In this document: positions 46,895 to 57,102 of the stretch, piece by piece | Layout: the number at the start of each line of letters is the position of its first letter | How positions within the stretch are numbered: position 1 is the first letter of the stretch | Origin: Polyangiaceae bacterium | GTDB lineage: Bacteria > Myxococcota_A > Polyangia > Polyangiales > Polyangiaceae | Reading direction: 5' to 3' | Assembly: GCA_033763455.1 (NCBI GenBank) | Contig: JANRKO010000033.1 | Coordinates: forward strand, 64,001-128,000 | Length of the DNA: 64,000 bases | Position numbers and translations under genes: made by a program | Notes under the pieces: model-generated | Databases searched by the model: none | Seen by the model: the letters and a program-made list of their open reading frames with translations, nothing else | Told to the model about the DNA's origin: nothing

Positions 46895-46984
46895 ACCACC
46901 GCACCTCGGGGTGATAGGAGGCGCTCCGCTTGCTGCGGGTTTTGCATCTGCGGCAACTGAGTTGAAGGCAGGAAAACCAAGGAC

Positions 46985-47488
46985 ATGGGCCTGATGAGCG
47001 TTGATCTGAGCAGCTTGAAAATCGGCTTCGTGGGGCACGTCGTCGGTGCCGGCGGTGTCACGGTGGATTTCGACCGAACCGTGCTGGTGCAAATGGTTCT
47101 CTTCACGCTGCTGCTGCTCGTGTTGGAGCCCTTGCTGTTCCGACCGATGCTGAAAGTGTTTGCCCTACGGGAGGCGAAGACAGAGGGAGCGCGCGACGAG
47201 GCTCGTGAGCTTCAGGAACGCGCAGGTGAGCTTCTGCGGAAGTACGAAAGCGAACTGCTCCGCGTCAACCAGGTTGCCACCGAAGAGCGCGAGCGCCTCC
47301 GCGCCGAAACCACCAAGCTGGAAGCCCAAATCCTCGAAGAGGGGCGCCAGAGCACCGCTAAGCTGATTGAGGAGGGGCGAGCCCGCGTGCGACAGGAGAT
47401 CGATCGAATTCAGTTCGATTTGGGGCGCCAAACCGAACAAATCAGTCGCCAAGTCGCGGCTCAGGTTCTCGGCCGGGAGGTCAACTAA
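46985..47488 (+). CDS. atpF: ATP synthase F0 subunit b'
   Basis: D.T...Q...F..L...L..LLF.P......RE TM segment plus coiled coil ending VLGREV; first gene of the atp cluster. Confidence 0.88.
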   Translation: MGLMSVDLSSLKIGFVGHVVGAGGVTVDFDRTVLVQMVLFTLLLLVLEPLLFRPMLKVFALREAKTEGARDEARELQERAGELLRKYESELLRVNQVATEERERLRAETTKLEAQILEEGRQSTAKLIEEGRARVRQEIDRIQFDLGRQTEQISRQVAAQVLGREVN

Positions 47489-47489
47489 A

Positions 47490-48233
47490 ATGGCTCTACT
47501 TCGGCACATTGCGCTCGCGGGCCTGCTTCTTAGCCTTGCGCCATTCAACGTGCGCTCGGCGTACGCGGATGAAGCAGCTGCTGAGGGCGAACACGCGGCG
47601 GGCGAACACGGCGCCTCCGAACACGGCGAAGGACATCACGCTCCGAGCTTTGACGACGTAAACTGGTTCTACGGCTTCATCGGCGAAGACGCGGACGTTG
47701 AGCCCAACTTGCTGTGGCGCAAGCCAGGAATGCCCATTCCCGTGGGAGTCCTCGTGCTCAACACCGGGATCCTGTTCTTCTTGATCTACAAATTTGGCAA
47801 GCAACCCATCGCAAAAGCGCTGAAAGATCGCCGTGCCGGTATCGTCAAAGGTATCGAGGAAGCTGCCAAGATGAAGGCCGAAGCCGAAGCATCGTTCTTG
47901 GCCTACGAGCAAAAGCTGCAGCAGATTGACGCGCAGATCGAGCGCGTCCGCCGCGAGATGCGCGAAATGGGCGAAGCCGAACGCGAGCGCATCCTTGAAG
48001 AGGCGCGTGAACGCCGGCAGCGGATGGAGCGTGAAGCTAAAGTGCTGATTGATCAGGAAATCAAGGCAGCTCGCGAGCGGCTTCACCGTGAAGTTGTTGA
48101 AAATGCCTTCCGCACGGCACTCACAACTCTCGAGAAGCAGGTCACCAGTGCGGATCACCAGCGCATCGGCCAAGCCTACATCACCACCGTGGCGCAAGCC
48201 TCCGCGGTGTTCTCGAAAGGAGGCCAATCATGA
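47490..48233 (+). CDS. atpF: ATP synthase F0 subunit b with N-terminal signal peptide and His/Glu-rich extension
   Basis: GGAGG before ATG 47490; LN..IL...I.KFGK.PI...L..R...I...I plus coiled coil. Confidence 0.88.
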   Translation: MALLRHIALAGLLLSLAPFNVRSAYADEAAAEGEHAAGEHGASEHGEGHHAPSFDDVNWFYGFIGEDADVEPNLLWRKPGMPIPVGVLVLNTGILFFLIYKFGKQPIAKALKDRRAGIVKGIEEAAKMKAEAEASFLAYEQKLQQIDAQIERVRREMREMGEAERERILEEARERRQRMEREAKVLIDQEIKAARERLHREVVENAFRTALTTLEKQVTSADHQRIGQAYITTVAQASAVFSKGGQS

Positions 48234-48775
48234 GCCTCTCTAAAGTCGCTGACCGCTACGCCCAAGCCATCTTCGACCTGGGCCAAGAGCGCGGGCAACT
48301 CCCGCAAATGACGCGGGAACTTCGCAGTTTTTCAGATGCATTCATGCAGAGCGAGAGCCTCCGGGCCACGCTTGCGAACCCGCTTGTAACCGCAGCCCAG
48401 CGCCAATCCGTGTTGGTAACGCTCGCCGCAAAGCTGGGGCTAAGCCAGCTGACGTTGAACGCGATTCGAGTGGTCGCGCTGCGGCACCGGCTAGACGCGC
48501 TCGACGACATTGCGCAGCGCCTGGAACAACTCGCTGACACGCAAGCGGGCATCGTTCGCGCGACGGTCACCAGTGCGGCGGCGCTTGCTCCTGATTTCTT
48601 GGCTCAGCTTACCCGAGCCTTGGAAACCTCAACGGGCAAGAAAGTGCTCGTCGAAAGCCACGTTGACCCGAGCCTGATCGCCGGAATCACGACCCGAATC
48701 CGCGATAACACCATCGATGGCAGCCTCAAGGGGCGCCTATCCGATCTTCAGAAAAAGCTACTTCAGGCGTCCTAA
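48230..48775 (+). CDS. atpH: ATP synthase F1 subunit delta
   Basis: A.RYA.A, L.NP, V.SA..L, VDPSLIAG and IDGSL...L. Confidence 0.95.
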   Translation: MSLSKVADRYAQAIFDLGQERGQLPQMTRELRSFSDAFMQSESLRATLANPLVTAAQRQSVLVTLAAKLGLSQLTLNAIRVVALRHRLDALDDIAQRLEQLADTQAGIVRATVTSAAALAPDFLAQLTRALETSTGKKVLVESHVDPSLIAGITTRIRDNTIDGSLKGRLSDLQKKLLQAS

Positions 48776-48805
48776 CCGCGCCCCCAACCTACCGGAATAC
48801 TTATC

Positions 48806-50485
48806 ATGCAGCTCAGCGCCGACGAAATCTCATCGATCATCAAGCAACAGATCCAAAACTTCGATCAGACCGCTCTGGTCACCGAAACGGGCACGGTGCT
48901 CACCAGCGGTGACGGTATCGCACGCGTACACGGCTTGAGTGCCGCTATGGCTGGTGAGCTTGTGGAGTTCGCTGGGGGTATCTACGGGCTTGTGCTCAAC
49001 CTTGAGCAGGACAACGTGGGCGTTGCAGTGCTCGGTGAGTCTCGCGAAATCAAAGAGGGCGACCCAGTCAAGCGTACGGGACGCATCGCTGACATCGCGG
49101 TTGGCGATGCCATTTTGGGTCGCGTTGTGAACGCGCTCGGGCAGCCCATTGATGGCAAGGGCCCTATCGAAAGCAAGGATCGCCGACGCATCGAGGTAAA
49201 GGCTCCGGGCATCATCGCTCGCCAGTCTGTGAAAGAGCCGATGCAAACCGGGTTGAAAGCCATCGACGCAATGATTCCCGTGGGTCGCGGGCAGCGCGAG
49301 CTCATCATTGGGGACCGCCAAACCGGCAAAACGGCTATCGCCATCGACACCATTATCAATCAGAAGGGCAAAGGCGTTTACTGCGTCTATGTCGCCATCG
49401 GGCAAAAGGCCTCCACCGTAGCTCAGCTCGTCGATAAGCTGCGCGCGGCAGGAGCGCTTGAGTACACCACGGTCGTTGTCGCAACGGCCACCGAAACCGC
49501 GCCGCTGCAATTCCTGGCTCCGTACACCGGCGTCACGATCGGCGAATTTTTCCGAGACACAGGGCGCCACGCGCTTTGCATCTACGACGATCTCTCCAAG
49601 CAAGCCGTCGCTTATCGCCAGCTCTCGTTGCTACTGCGACGTCCCCCGGGTCGCGAAGCTTACCCCGGTGACGTTTTCTACATTCACTCCCGCCTGCTTG
49701 AGCGCGCCGCCAAGATGGCTGAGCGCTGGTTCGTGGTGGCTAAGGGCACGAGCGTAAAGGCCGGAGATCCGGACTTCGTAGGCGTAGACGGCAAAGCGCA
49801 CATTGGCAGCGAAGGCAAAGAAGGCGCCGAGAAAGCCCTCGCAGCACGGGCAGATAAGGACAACCTAGAGGTCGCCAAAGATCCGTTCTCTGGTGGTTCA
49901 CTTACAGCGCTGCCGATTGTTGAAACCCAGGCCGGCGACGTTTCAGCCTACATCCCCACCAACGTAATCTCGATCACGGACGGACAGATCTTCCTGGAAA
50001 GCGACCTTTTTTACTCGGGCGTGCGTCCCGCGATTAACGTGGGCATTTCCGTAAGCCGCGTGGGTGGCAACGCCCAAATCAAGGCCATGAAGAAGATCTC
50101 GGGCACCCTTCGCCTCGATCTCGCTCAGTACCGCGAAAAAGCAGCTTTTGCTCAGTTCGCGAGCGACCTCGATGCGGCTACGCGAGCGCAGTTGGAACGC
50201 GGGCAAAGGCTCGTCGAGTTGCTGAAGCAGGGGCAGTACCAGCCGCTCTCGATCGAGAAGCAGGTAGTAATCATCTACGCAGGTACTCAAGGGTTCGTGG
50301 ACAAAGTGCCGGTTGAAGCCCTTCGAGCGTACGAAGCCGAGCTCTACCTCTACCTCGAAGAGAAGCACTCAAGCGTGCTCCCTAGCATCGCCGACAAACG
50401 CGAAATCACCGATAGCATTAAGAAAGACCTCGACGCCGCGCTCAAGGCGTTCACCGAAAACTTCGTCGCCAGCCGGAAAGCGTAA
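48806..50485 (+). CDS. atpA: ATP synthase F1 subunit alpha (with internal insertion)
   Basis: [38 protein letters not shown] and [11 protein letters not shown]. Confidence 0.98.
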   Translation: MQLSADEISSIIKQQIQNFDQTALVTETGTVLTSGDGIARVHGLSAAMAGELVEFAGGIYGLVLNLEQDNVGVAVLGESREIKEGDPVKRTGRIADIAVGDAILGRVVNALGQPIDGKGPIESKDRRRIEVKAPGIIARQSVKEPMQTGLKAIDAMIPVGRGQRELIIGDRQTGKTAIAIDTIINQKGKGVYCVYVAIGQKASTVAQLVDKLRAAGALEYTTVVVATATETAPLQFLAPYTGVTIGEFFRDTGRHALCIYDDLSKQAVAYRQLSLLLRRPPGREAYPGDVFYIHSRLLERAAKMAERWFVVAKGTSVKAGDPDFVGVDGKAHIGSEGKEGAEKALAARADKDNLEVAKDPFSGGSLTALPIVETQAGDVSAYIPTNVISITDGQIFLESDLFYSGVRPAINVGISVSRVGGNAQIKAMKKISGTLRLDLAQYREKAAFAQFASDLDAATRAQLERGQRLVELLKQGQYQPLSIEKQVVIIYAGTQGFVDKVPVEALRAYEAELYLYLEEKHSSVLPSIADKREITDSIKKDLDAALKAFTENFVASRKA

Positions 50486-50487
50486 TC

Positions 50488-51405
50488 GTGGCAAATCTTA
50501 AGGACATTCGCCGTCGCATCGCCAGCGTCAAATCGACGCAGAAGATCACACGCGCCATGAAAATGGTGGCTGGTGCTCGCTTGAATCGGGCACAGCAGCG
50601 CATCAGTGCGATACGTCCTTACGCGGTTGCAACGGGAAAAGTTCTTGCTGAAGTCACCAACCGTAGCGCCAGCGATGACGACACTTCGGCGACGGATGTC
50701 GATCATCCGCTCTTGGCTCGCCGTCCCGAAAAGAGCCTGCTCTTTGTCGTCATCACGAGCGATCGCGGTCTGTGCGGCGCCTTCAACTCGAGCATTCTGC
50801 GCCACGCCGAGCGCCTCTGGCACGAGAACGAAGCCCGCGGCGTTAAAGTGCAATTCGCGGTCATTGGACGCAAAGGGCGCGAGTACCTCTCTCGCAGAGG
50901 AGCGCCCATCCTCCAGGTGTTTGAGAAGGTGTGGGATGATCTTTCGCTTGAACAGGCGCGAAATGTTGGACGCGTAGTTCTCCGCCCGCTAGTGAGCGGC
51001 GAGGTGGACGCGGTGTACCTGGTGTACAACGAATTCAAGAGCGCAATGACTCAACGGGTGACCGCTGAAGCGCTGTTCCCTCTGGCTCAAGATACGAGCG
51101 CCTCGCCAAGCGCTCCCGACGGCCATGGTGAAGCACCTCCGGAGCTGGATTTCCTGTTCGAGCCCAACAAGGAAGCTTTGCTTGAGCGTTTGGTCCCCAT
51201 GTACGTGGAGATCACCCTACTGCGAGCCCTTCTGGAATCGATGGCTTCCGAACTGGGAGCCCGCATGACGGCGATGGATTCAGCGACCAAAAACGCCGCT
51301 GACATGATCGCCAAGCTTACGCTCAAATACAACCGAGCTCGCCAGGCCGCCATCACCACAGAGCTCATGGAAATCATCGGCGGCGCCGAAGCTCTGAATT
51401 CTTAG
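50488..51405 (+). CDS. atpG: ATP synthase F1 subunit gamma
   Basis: RI.SV.STQKITRAMKMV, SDRGLCG.FN, SE..ARM.AM..AT.NA and RQAAITTEL.EI..GA.AL. Confidence 0.98.
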   Translation: MANLKDIRRRIASVKSTQKITRAMKMVAGARLNRAQQRISAIRPYAVATGKVLAEVTNRSASDDDTSATDVDHPLLARRPEKSLLFVVITSDRGLCGAFNSSILRHAERLWHENEARGVKVQFAVIGRKGREYLSRRGAPILQVFEKVWDDLSLEQARNVGRVVLRPLVSGEVDAVYLVYNEFKSAMTQRVTAEALFPLAQDTSASPSAPDGHGEAPPELDFLFEPNKEALLERLVPMYVEITLLRALLESMASELGARMTAMDSATKNAADMIAKLTLKYNRARQAAITTELMEIIGGAEALNS

Positions 51406-51546
51406 GTGTTATAGCGCCTCTCTGGTGGGGCAAAGTGCCTCGCTGAGGCGATAAGGAAGCGCGAGCACCTGCGACACAGGTCTGCGCGCAGCACTTTATG
51501 AAAGCGGCACAAGGCCGTCATCTAGCGTCGCTACGGTTCGCGACTT

Positions 51547-52602
51547 ATGGGTCGAGCGATGTATCGACGCTCACACGCGACTCTTGCTGTGCTGGTCGCC
51601 TTGGGACTGCTCGCGTGGACGTTCCGGCATGCCCAACTCGATCAAATAGCTGCGCTTTTGGCGCGGCTCCATCCAGCTGCCCTTCCACTCGTTCTAGTTC
51701 CGTACGCTCTTGCAGTAAGCAGTGAGGCATCTGGCTGGCGAAGCGCCATCCTCCGTCTGGGACATAGAGTGCCATTTTGGAGGCTTTTGGGAGTCCGTCT
51801 GAAGACGGAGGCTCTTTCACTCACTCTGCCGCTGGGACAGCTCGTGTGCGATTCTGCCACACCCGCCTTACTCCAACGCGAAGGGCTCCCGCTTGCGGCC
51901 GGAGTTGCTGCAGTGGGGGTCCGCAAGTACCTCCTCGCGCTATCGCAGGCGTTGTTTTTATTGTTCGCATTTTTTCTCGGTCATTCAGCACTAACAAGAG
52001 CATCGCAGAAGCTTGTAGGTTCGGCTGTTTTGCAGTGGTTGCCACTCCTGGCCGCCTTAATGCTGGGAGCTGTGGCCATTGTGTTGGGTTCGGCGCTGAG
52101 CCGAGGTGCGCTCGCTACTTTCACCCTGAGGGTGTTGTTGCGAGTTCCGAGTGAAGCTTTTCGACGCGTTCTATTCCCCGCTTCGCCGCATTTCTCTGAA
52201 ACCGACAGTACTCTGCAGCTATTCTTCCGTCGCCGAGTCAGCCCAACCCAGGTGGCACGCATTATGCTTGTGGGGGTTATGGAGTCCGTTGAGACCTGGG
52301 TGATCTTGAGCCTTCTCAATGCTGACTTGAGCTTATCGGACGTGATCGGCTTCGAGGTTCTCCTCAGCTTCATGCGCAGCCTCGTTATCCTAGTTCCGGC
52401 GGGGCTTGGCATTCAGGACCTGGGTTATCTCGCCTTCTTCAGGGCACTCGGCGTAGCCGATCCCGTCTCCACAGCCGCTGCCTTTAGCCTACTGAAGCGA
52501 GGCAAGGAGCTTTTCTGGGCCGGCATTGGTTACGGGCTTTTTGCACTGCGACGCCCTTTCCCGTTAACGCCCTCCAACTTTAGGACCAACTCGACCTTAT
52601 GA
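51547..52602 (+). CDS. Lysylphosphatidylglycerol-synthase TM region (MprF-N/HpnL-like) flippase-type membrane protein
   Basis: Multiple TM segments; VPAGLGIQD.G and A.SLL.R..EL.W motifs. Confidence 0.8.
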   Translation: MGRAMYRRSHATLAVLVALGLLAWTFRHAQLDQIAALLARLHPAALPLVLVPYALAVSSEASGWRSAILRLGHRVPFWRLLGVRLKTEALSLTLPLGQLVCDSATPALLQREGLPLAAGVAAVGVRKYLLALSQALFLLFAFFLGHSALTRASQKLVGSAVLQWLPLLAALMLGAVAIVLGSALSRGALATFTLRVLLRVPSEAFRRVLFPASPHFSETDSTLQLFFRRRVSPTQVARIMLVGVMESVETWVILSLLNADLSLSDVIGFEVLLSFMRSLVILVPAGLGIQDLGYLAFFRALGVADPVSTAAAFSLLKRGKELFWAGIGYGLFALRRPFPLTPSNFRTNSTL

Positions 52603-53588
52603 CCCTCCGCGTTCTTTACATCTGCGGCTCCCCCAACCAGACCACGCAAATGCACCAAATATCGAGCTTTTTGCCCGAAGCGGAAGCCAATTTTACACCC
52701 TATTATGGCGGCCCAATCCTAGATTTCGCCAAGAAGGCGCGGTTGTGCGAGTTTTCCATCGCGGGCACCAAGCTGACGCGGCGATGCCTCGACTACCTTG
52801 AGGCCCACTCGCTTAAGCTGGACATTGGAGGTCGCAGGGGGCCGTATGATCTGGTCCTCACTTGTTCAGACGTTGTGGTGCCAGACAACATTCTCGGGGT
52901 ACCCATCGTGCTAGTGCAGGAAGGGATCCTGGATCCGAATAACGTGCTGGGAGAATTAGTGCGAAAATTCCCAGTGCTTCCACGCTGGATCGCGGGAACC
53001 TCCACCACCGGCATGAGCCGCGCATATTCGCGCTTCTGCGTCGCGAGTGCAGGCTATAAGCGCTACTTCGCAAGGCGCGGTGCCCCGGAAGAGCGTCTGG
53101 TTGTTACCGGCATCCCCAACTTCGACAACTGCGCGCGTTACCTCACCAATGACTTTCCACATCGTGGCTATGCATTGGTGTGCACGTCGGATGCACGGGA
53201 GACGCTGAAGCTCGACAAACGACGTGAATTTGTGGAGTGGGCAGTTGAAAAGGCGGGAGGGCGGCCACTGATCTTCAAACTCCACCCGAACGAAAATCTT
53301 CGGCGTGCAACCCGGGAGCTCAAACGCTGGGTGCCCGATGCGCTCGTTTTCGAAAGCGGCGACACCAACGCCATGATTGCCAACGCGGAGGTCCTGATTA
53401 CCCAGTATTCTACCGTCGTGTTCGTGGGCCTGGCGCTCGGGAAGGAGTGTTATTCGTACCACCCTATGGAGGAATTAGTGGAGCTCGTGCCGGAGCAAAA
53501 CGGTGAGGCCGCCAAACGGATTGCCGACGTTTGCCGAGACCTTATGGCGGCAAGAGGCGCTGACTTGCGCGACGGAGTTGCCGCGTGA
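52599..53588 (+). CDS. GT-B-like transferase (sialyl-/CDP-glycerol-transferase or UDP-GlcNAc 2-epimerase-like fold)
   Basis: QEG, VVTG.P.FD, FKLHPNE and LITQYSTV...GL.LGK. Confidence 0.65.
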   Translation: MTLRVLYICGSPNQTTQMHQISSFLPEAEANFTPYYGGPILDFAKKARLCEFSIAGTKLTRRCLDYLEAHSLKLDIGGRRGPYDLVLTCSDVVVPDNILGVPIVLVQEGILDPNNVLGELVRKFPVLPRWIAGTSTTGMSRAYSRFCVASAGYKRYFARRGAPEERLVVTGIPNFDNCARYLTNDFPHRGYALVCTSDARETLKLDKRREFVEWAVEKAGGRPLIFKLHPNENLRRATRELKRWVPDALVFESGDTNAMIANAEVLITQYSTVVFVGLALGKECYSYHPMEELVELVPEQNGEAAKRIADVCRDLMAARGADLRDGVAA

Positions 53589-54412
53589 GGACCCTCGTGA
53601 TCGTACAGGCCCGGCTCGGGTCCTCTCGCCTGCCAGGGAAAGTGCTGTTACCACTCCTCGGGGAGCCAGTCTTGATTCGAATGTTGGACCGGATTCGAGC
53701 GGCTAAAAGCGCATTCGACGTACTGGTTGCTACCACTTTGGAACCCGAAGACGCGGCCATCGTGAGCCTGTGCCAAGAACGCAAAATTGCCGTATTTCGC
53801 GGCAATACCGCAGATCTTTTGGATCGTCACTATCGCGCAGCTTTGCAATTCCAGGCCGAGCTCGTCGTTAAGATCCCGTCCGACTGTCCACTGGTAGATC
53901 CGGCAGCACTTGATTGCGTGCTTGGGTACTTTCTAGAGCACAAGCGCGAGTTCGACTTCGTCAGCAACCTCCAACCCCAGAGCTGGCCCGACGGCAACGA
54001 CGTTGAGATCATGACGTTCGAAGCCCTTAGGACCGCATGGCTCGAAGCCGGGAGGCCGTTTGAGCGCGAACACACGACTCCCTTCATTTGGGATAATCCG
54101 GAGCGCTTTCGTATCGGAAATGTGCTCTACCCGGGCGGGCGAGACTACTCGGCAAGCCACCGTTTCGTATTAGATTACGAAGCCGACTACCAGTTCATCC
54201 AAGCTATTTTTGAGCGTCTTCTCCCGGAGTTTGGCCCCGCGTTTTCATTGTTACAGATCTTAGATTTGCTGAAGCGAGAGCCCGACCTTCTGGCGCTCAA
54301 CCAAGCCCATCTCGGCGTGTGTTGGCAACAAAAGCACCGGCAAGAACTCAAAACTCTCCACGCCGTTCAATCGAGTCCATCGAGCACAGGAACACGCCAT
54401 GCCGCCGGCTAA
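53585..54412 (+). CDS. spsF: SpsF-like cytidylyltransferase
   Basis: IVQARLGSSRLPGKVL, D.L.R, DCPL.D, P.G.DVE, REH.T and LDY..D. Confidence 0.9.
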   Translation: MRTLVIVQARLGSSRLPGKVLLPLLGEPVLIRMLDRIRAAKSAFDVLVATTLEPEDAAIVSLCQERKIAVFRGNTADLLDRHYRAALQFQAELVVKIPSDCPLVDPAALDCVLGYFLEHKREFDFVSNLQPQSWPDGNDVEIMTFEALRTAWLEAGRPFEREHTTPFIWDNPERFRIGNVLYPGGRDYSASHRFVLDYEADYQFIQAIFERLLPEFGPAFSLLQILDLLKREPDLLALNQAHLGVCWQQKHRQELKTLHAVQSSPSSTGTRHAAG

Positions 54413-55700
54413 CGAACTCGCTTTACCTCAAATCTCCGAGTCCAACGCCTGGTATGCGCGAGCTCGCGCAGTAATCCCCGGGGCGACACAAACGCTGGCC
54501 AAAGGAGCCTCTCAGTATGTGGATGGCGTGGCGCCCAAGTTCCTACAACGAGGAAAAGGCTGTCGGGTGTGGGATGTTGATGGCAACGAATTCATCGATC
54601 TCACGATGGCCGTGGGGCCCCTTTCCCTTGGCTACTGTTACGACAAAGTGGACGAAGCAATCCGTCGTCAGCTCGAAGATGGTATCACCTTCTCCCTCGT
54701 CCATCCCTTGGAGGTGGAGGTGGCTGAGCTTCTTAAAGGTCACATTCCAGGCGCCGAAATGGTGCGGTTCAGCAAAACGGGCTGCGACGTGACGAGTGCG
54801 GCGGTAAGGCTTGCGCGGGCCTTCACCGGCAGAAAAGTGGTCGCGTGTTCGGGCTACCACGGTTGGCATGACTGGTACATCGGCACCACCCCGCGAAACC
54901 TCGGAGTGCCGAGCGAGGTGCAAGCTCTCACACGCAAGTTTGCTTACAACGATCTCTCTTCCGTCAGGGCTATTCTGGACCAAGATGTTGCGGCCATCAT
55001 TCTTGAGCCAGTGCTGTTTGAGGAACCGCGGGACGGATTTCTGCAGGAGCTTCGCCAACTCTGCACGCAGAACGGAACACTGCTCGTCTTCGACGAAATG
55101 TGGACAGGCTTCCGCTTAGGCCTTGGAGGGGCTCAGGCATACTTCGATGTCGGAGCGGACCTAGCTTGTTTCTCCAAGGCAGTCGCCAATGGCATGCCCT
55201 TGAGCGTTCTCAGCGGTCGCCGAGAGATAATGAGTTTGCTAGAAAATGATGTTTTCTTCTACACCACGTTTGGCGGCGAAGCACTTTCGCTGGCGGCAGC
55301 AAAAGCAACTCTGCAGGAGCTCAGGGACCAACGTGTACCTCTGCACCTCGCTGAGATGGGCGCTAAGCTGCAGCAAGGTTACAATCAACTTGCAGAGAAG
55401 CACGAGCTACCATTCACACGCTGCGTAGGATTGCCCTGTCGAACACTTGTTACGTTCGATGAAAAAGTCGTCGACCCGCTGCTTGCCAAATCTCTGCTCC
55501 AGCAAGAACTTATCCGCCATGGGGTGTTGTGGACCGGGTTTCACAACATGAGCTTTTCTCACCAGCACTCCGATGTAGAACGCATTCTCGCCGGCTACGA
55601 CTCCGCCCTTCCGGTGCTCGCCCGCGCCGTCCAAAAGAACACGCTGCGGAGTGAAATCCAAGGCACGCCGGTGCAGCCGGTATTTCGGAAAACCCAATAA
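54399..55700 (+). CDS. Class III PLP aminotransferase (glutamate-1-semialdehyde aminomutase-like sugar aminotransferase)
   Basis: G.GC.VWDVDGNE.ID, RF.KTG, YHGWHDW, FDEMWTGFR, FSKAVANG and TFGG. Confidence 0.9.
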   Translation: MPPANELALPQISESNAWYARARAVIPGATQTLAKGASQYVDGVAPKFLQRGKGCRVWDVDGNEFIDLTMAVGPLSLGYCYDKVDEAIRRQLEDGITFSLVHPLEVEVAELLKGHIPGAEMVRFSKTGCDVTSAAVRLARAFTGRKVVACSGYHGWHDWYIGTTPRNLGVPSEVQALTRKFAYNDLSSVRAILDQDVAAIILEPVLFEEPRDGFLQELRQLCTQNGTLLVFDEMWTGFRLGLGGAQAYFDVGADLACFSKAVANGMPLSVLSGRREIMSLLENDVFFYTTFGGEALSLAAAKATLQELRDQRVPLHLAEMGAKLQQGYNQLAEKHELPFTRCVGLPCRTLVTFDEKVVDPLLAKSLLQQELIRHGVLWTGFHNMSFSHQHSDVERILAGYDSALPVLARAVQKNTLRSEIQGTPVQPVFRKTQ

Positions 55701-55770
55701 CACTGTCGCAAGAGGTTTCGCCGCTCTGTCACCCAAGTCCGAGCAGGTCGTAACGAGTCTGTCATCAGCC

Positions 55771-56580
55771 ATGTTTGATCTCACACACAAGATCGCCGTA
55801 GTCACCGGAGCCCTCGGGCTACTTGGGCGCGAGCACTGTTTGGCCCTCTTGAGCAACGGGGCCACGGTAGTTGTTGCCGATTTGGACGGCGCCGCGGCCC
55901 GCAGCCTTGCTGGAGAACTGGCAGAAGACTCTGAAGGCCGCGTCCTTGGCCTTGGCGTGGACGTGGGGGCAAAAGCATCTGTTGATGAAATGACGCGTGA
56001 AATCCTCGGGCGTTTCCAACGAGTTGACGTGCTGGTGAACAACGCAGCCGTTGACGACAAGGTGGAATCCCCGGCGCTGGCACTAGAGCAAAGCCGCTTC
56101 GAGAATTATCCGCTTGAGTCCTGGGAACGTCTCATCCGCGTGAACCTGACGGGAGCCTTCCTATGCGCTCAAAGTCTTGCTCCCGCGATGGCTCGCCGCG
56201 GTAGCGGGAGCATCATCAACGTGGCTTCCACTTATGGAATCGTGGCTCCCAATCAAGATCTTTACGTCGATCAACAAGGCCGACAGCAGTTCTTCAAGTC
56301 ACCGGCCTACCCGGTGTCAAAAGCCGGCCTTTTGCACCTCACGCGCTACCTCGCAGCCTACTATGGGCAATCTGGAGTGCGGGCGAACTCGCTTTCCCCG
56401 GGGGGCGTAGCGAACGGACAAAGCTCGGACTTTCAATCCGAATATGCCAGCCGAGTGCCCCTTAGGCGCATGGCGAACAAGTCAGACTACCGAGGCGCGT
56501 TGGTATTCCTCGCCAGCGATGAATCCGCCTATATGACCGGCGCAAACTTGGTAGTGGACGGTGGTTGGACAGCATGGTGA
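55771..56580 (+). CDS. SDR oxidoreductase (PtmA-like sugar dehydrogenase)
   Basis: TGALGLLG, NNAA, S.YGIVAP...Y, YPVSK, SPGG and VDGG.TAW. Confidence 0.9.
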   Translation: MFDLTHKIAVVTGALGLLGREHCLALLSNGATVVVADLDGAAARSLAGELAEDSEGRVLGLGVDVGAKASVDEMTREILGRFQRVDVLVNNAAVDDKVESPALALEQSRFENYPLESWERLIRVNLTGAFLCAQSLAPAMARRGSGSIINVASTYGIVAPNQDLYVDQQGRQQFFKSPAYPVSKAGLLHLTRYLAAYYGQSGVRANSLSPGGVANGQSSDFQSEYASRVPLRRMANKSDYRGALVFLASDESAYMTGANLVVDGGWTAW

Positions 56581-57098
56581 GAACGCTCCCACAAGTTCAA
56601 TTGAGCGAACGCGCTCGCAGAATTCGCCTACTAGTGAGTGACGTAGATGGCGTACTCACGCCAGCACAAGTTTACTACAGCGAACGCGGCGAAGAGCTCA
56701 AGCGATTCAGCCTCCGCGACGGAATGGGTACTGAGCTCCTACGCGTGGCGGGCATAGAAACGGCCTATTTTACGCGTGAAAACTGCCCAATTGCGCTCCG
56801 GCGGGCGCAGAAGCTGAAGCTTGCCCACCTGTGGCTCGGTGTGCACGACAAGGCTCGCGCGTTGCCGGAGCTTCTGCTTTCAGCGCGCTACCGACTCGGC
56901 GAAGTGGCCTACATGGGCGACGACGTGAATGATCTTGAAGCCATGGAGCTCGTGGGTGAAGTGGGGCTCACGGGAGCTCCGAGCGACGCCGTGGCTAGCG
57001 TGTTGGCCGCAGCTCACAAGGTAACAGCAAAAAGTGGCGGCCAAGGCTGTTTCCGAGAGTTCGCGGACTGGATTTTAGCCACTCGCCAGGAGGCATAG
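56574..57098 (+). CDS. kdsC: KdsC/YrbI-family HAD phosphatase (KDO-8-P/KDN-9-P phosphatase)
   Basis: DVDGVLT, K.F..RDG.G, YMGDDVND and GG.G.FRE. Confidence 0.9.
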   Translation: MVRTLPQVQLSERARRIRLLVSDVDGVLTPAQVYYSERGEELKRFSLRDGMGTELLRVAGIETAYFTRENCPIALRRAQKLKLAHLWLGVHDKARALPELLLSARYRLGEVAYMGDDVNDLEAMELVGEVGLTGAPSDAVASVLAAAHKVTAKSGGQGCFREFADWILATRQEA

Positions 57099-57102
57099 AC
57101 TT

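Noticed and set aside
48830..49603. Long antisense ORFs (also 31039-31815, 16289-17029 and 47496-48227)
   Set aside because: They are shadows of well-supported genes on the opposite strand in GC-rich DNA
49712..49894. Intein or intron in atpA
   Set aside because: No Cys/Ser start or His-Asn end, too short, and fully in frame
54399..55700. Calling this gene hemL
   Set aside because: The YHGWHDW motif and the sugar-nucleotide context fit the SpsF-associated aminotransferases better
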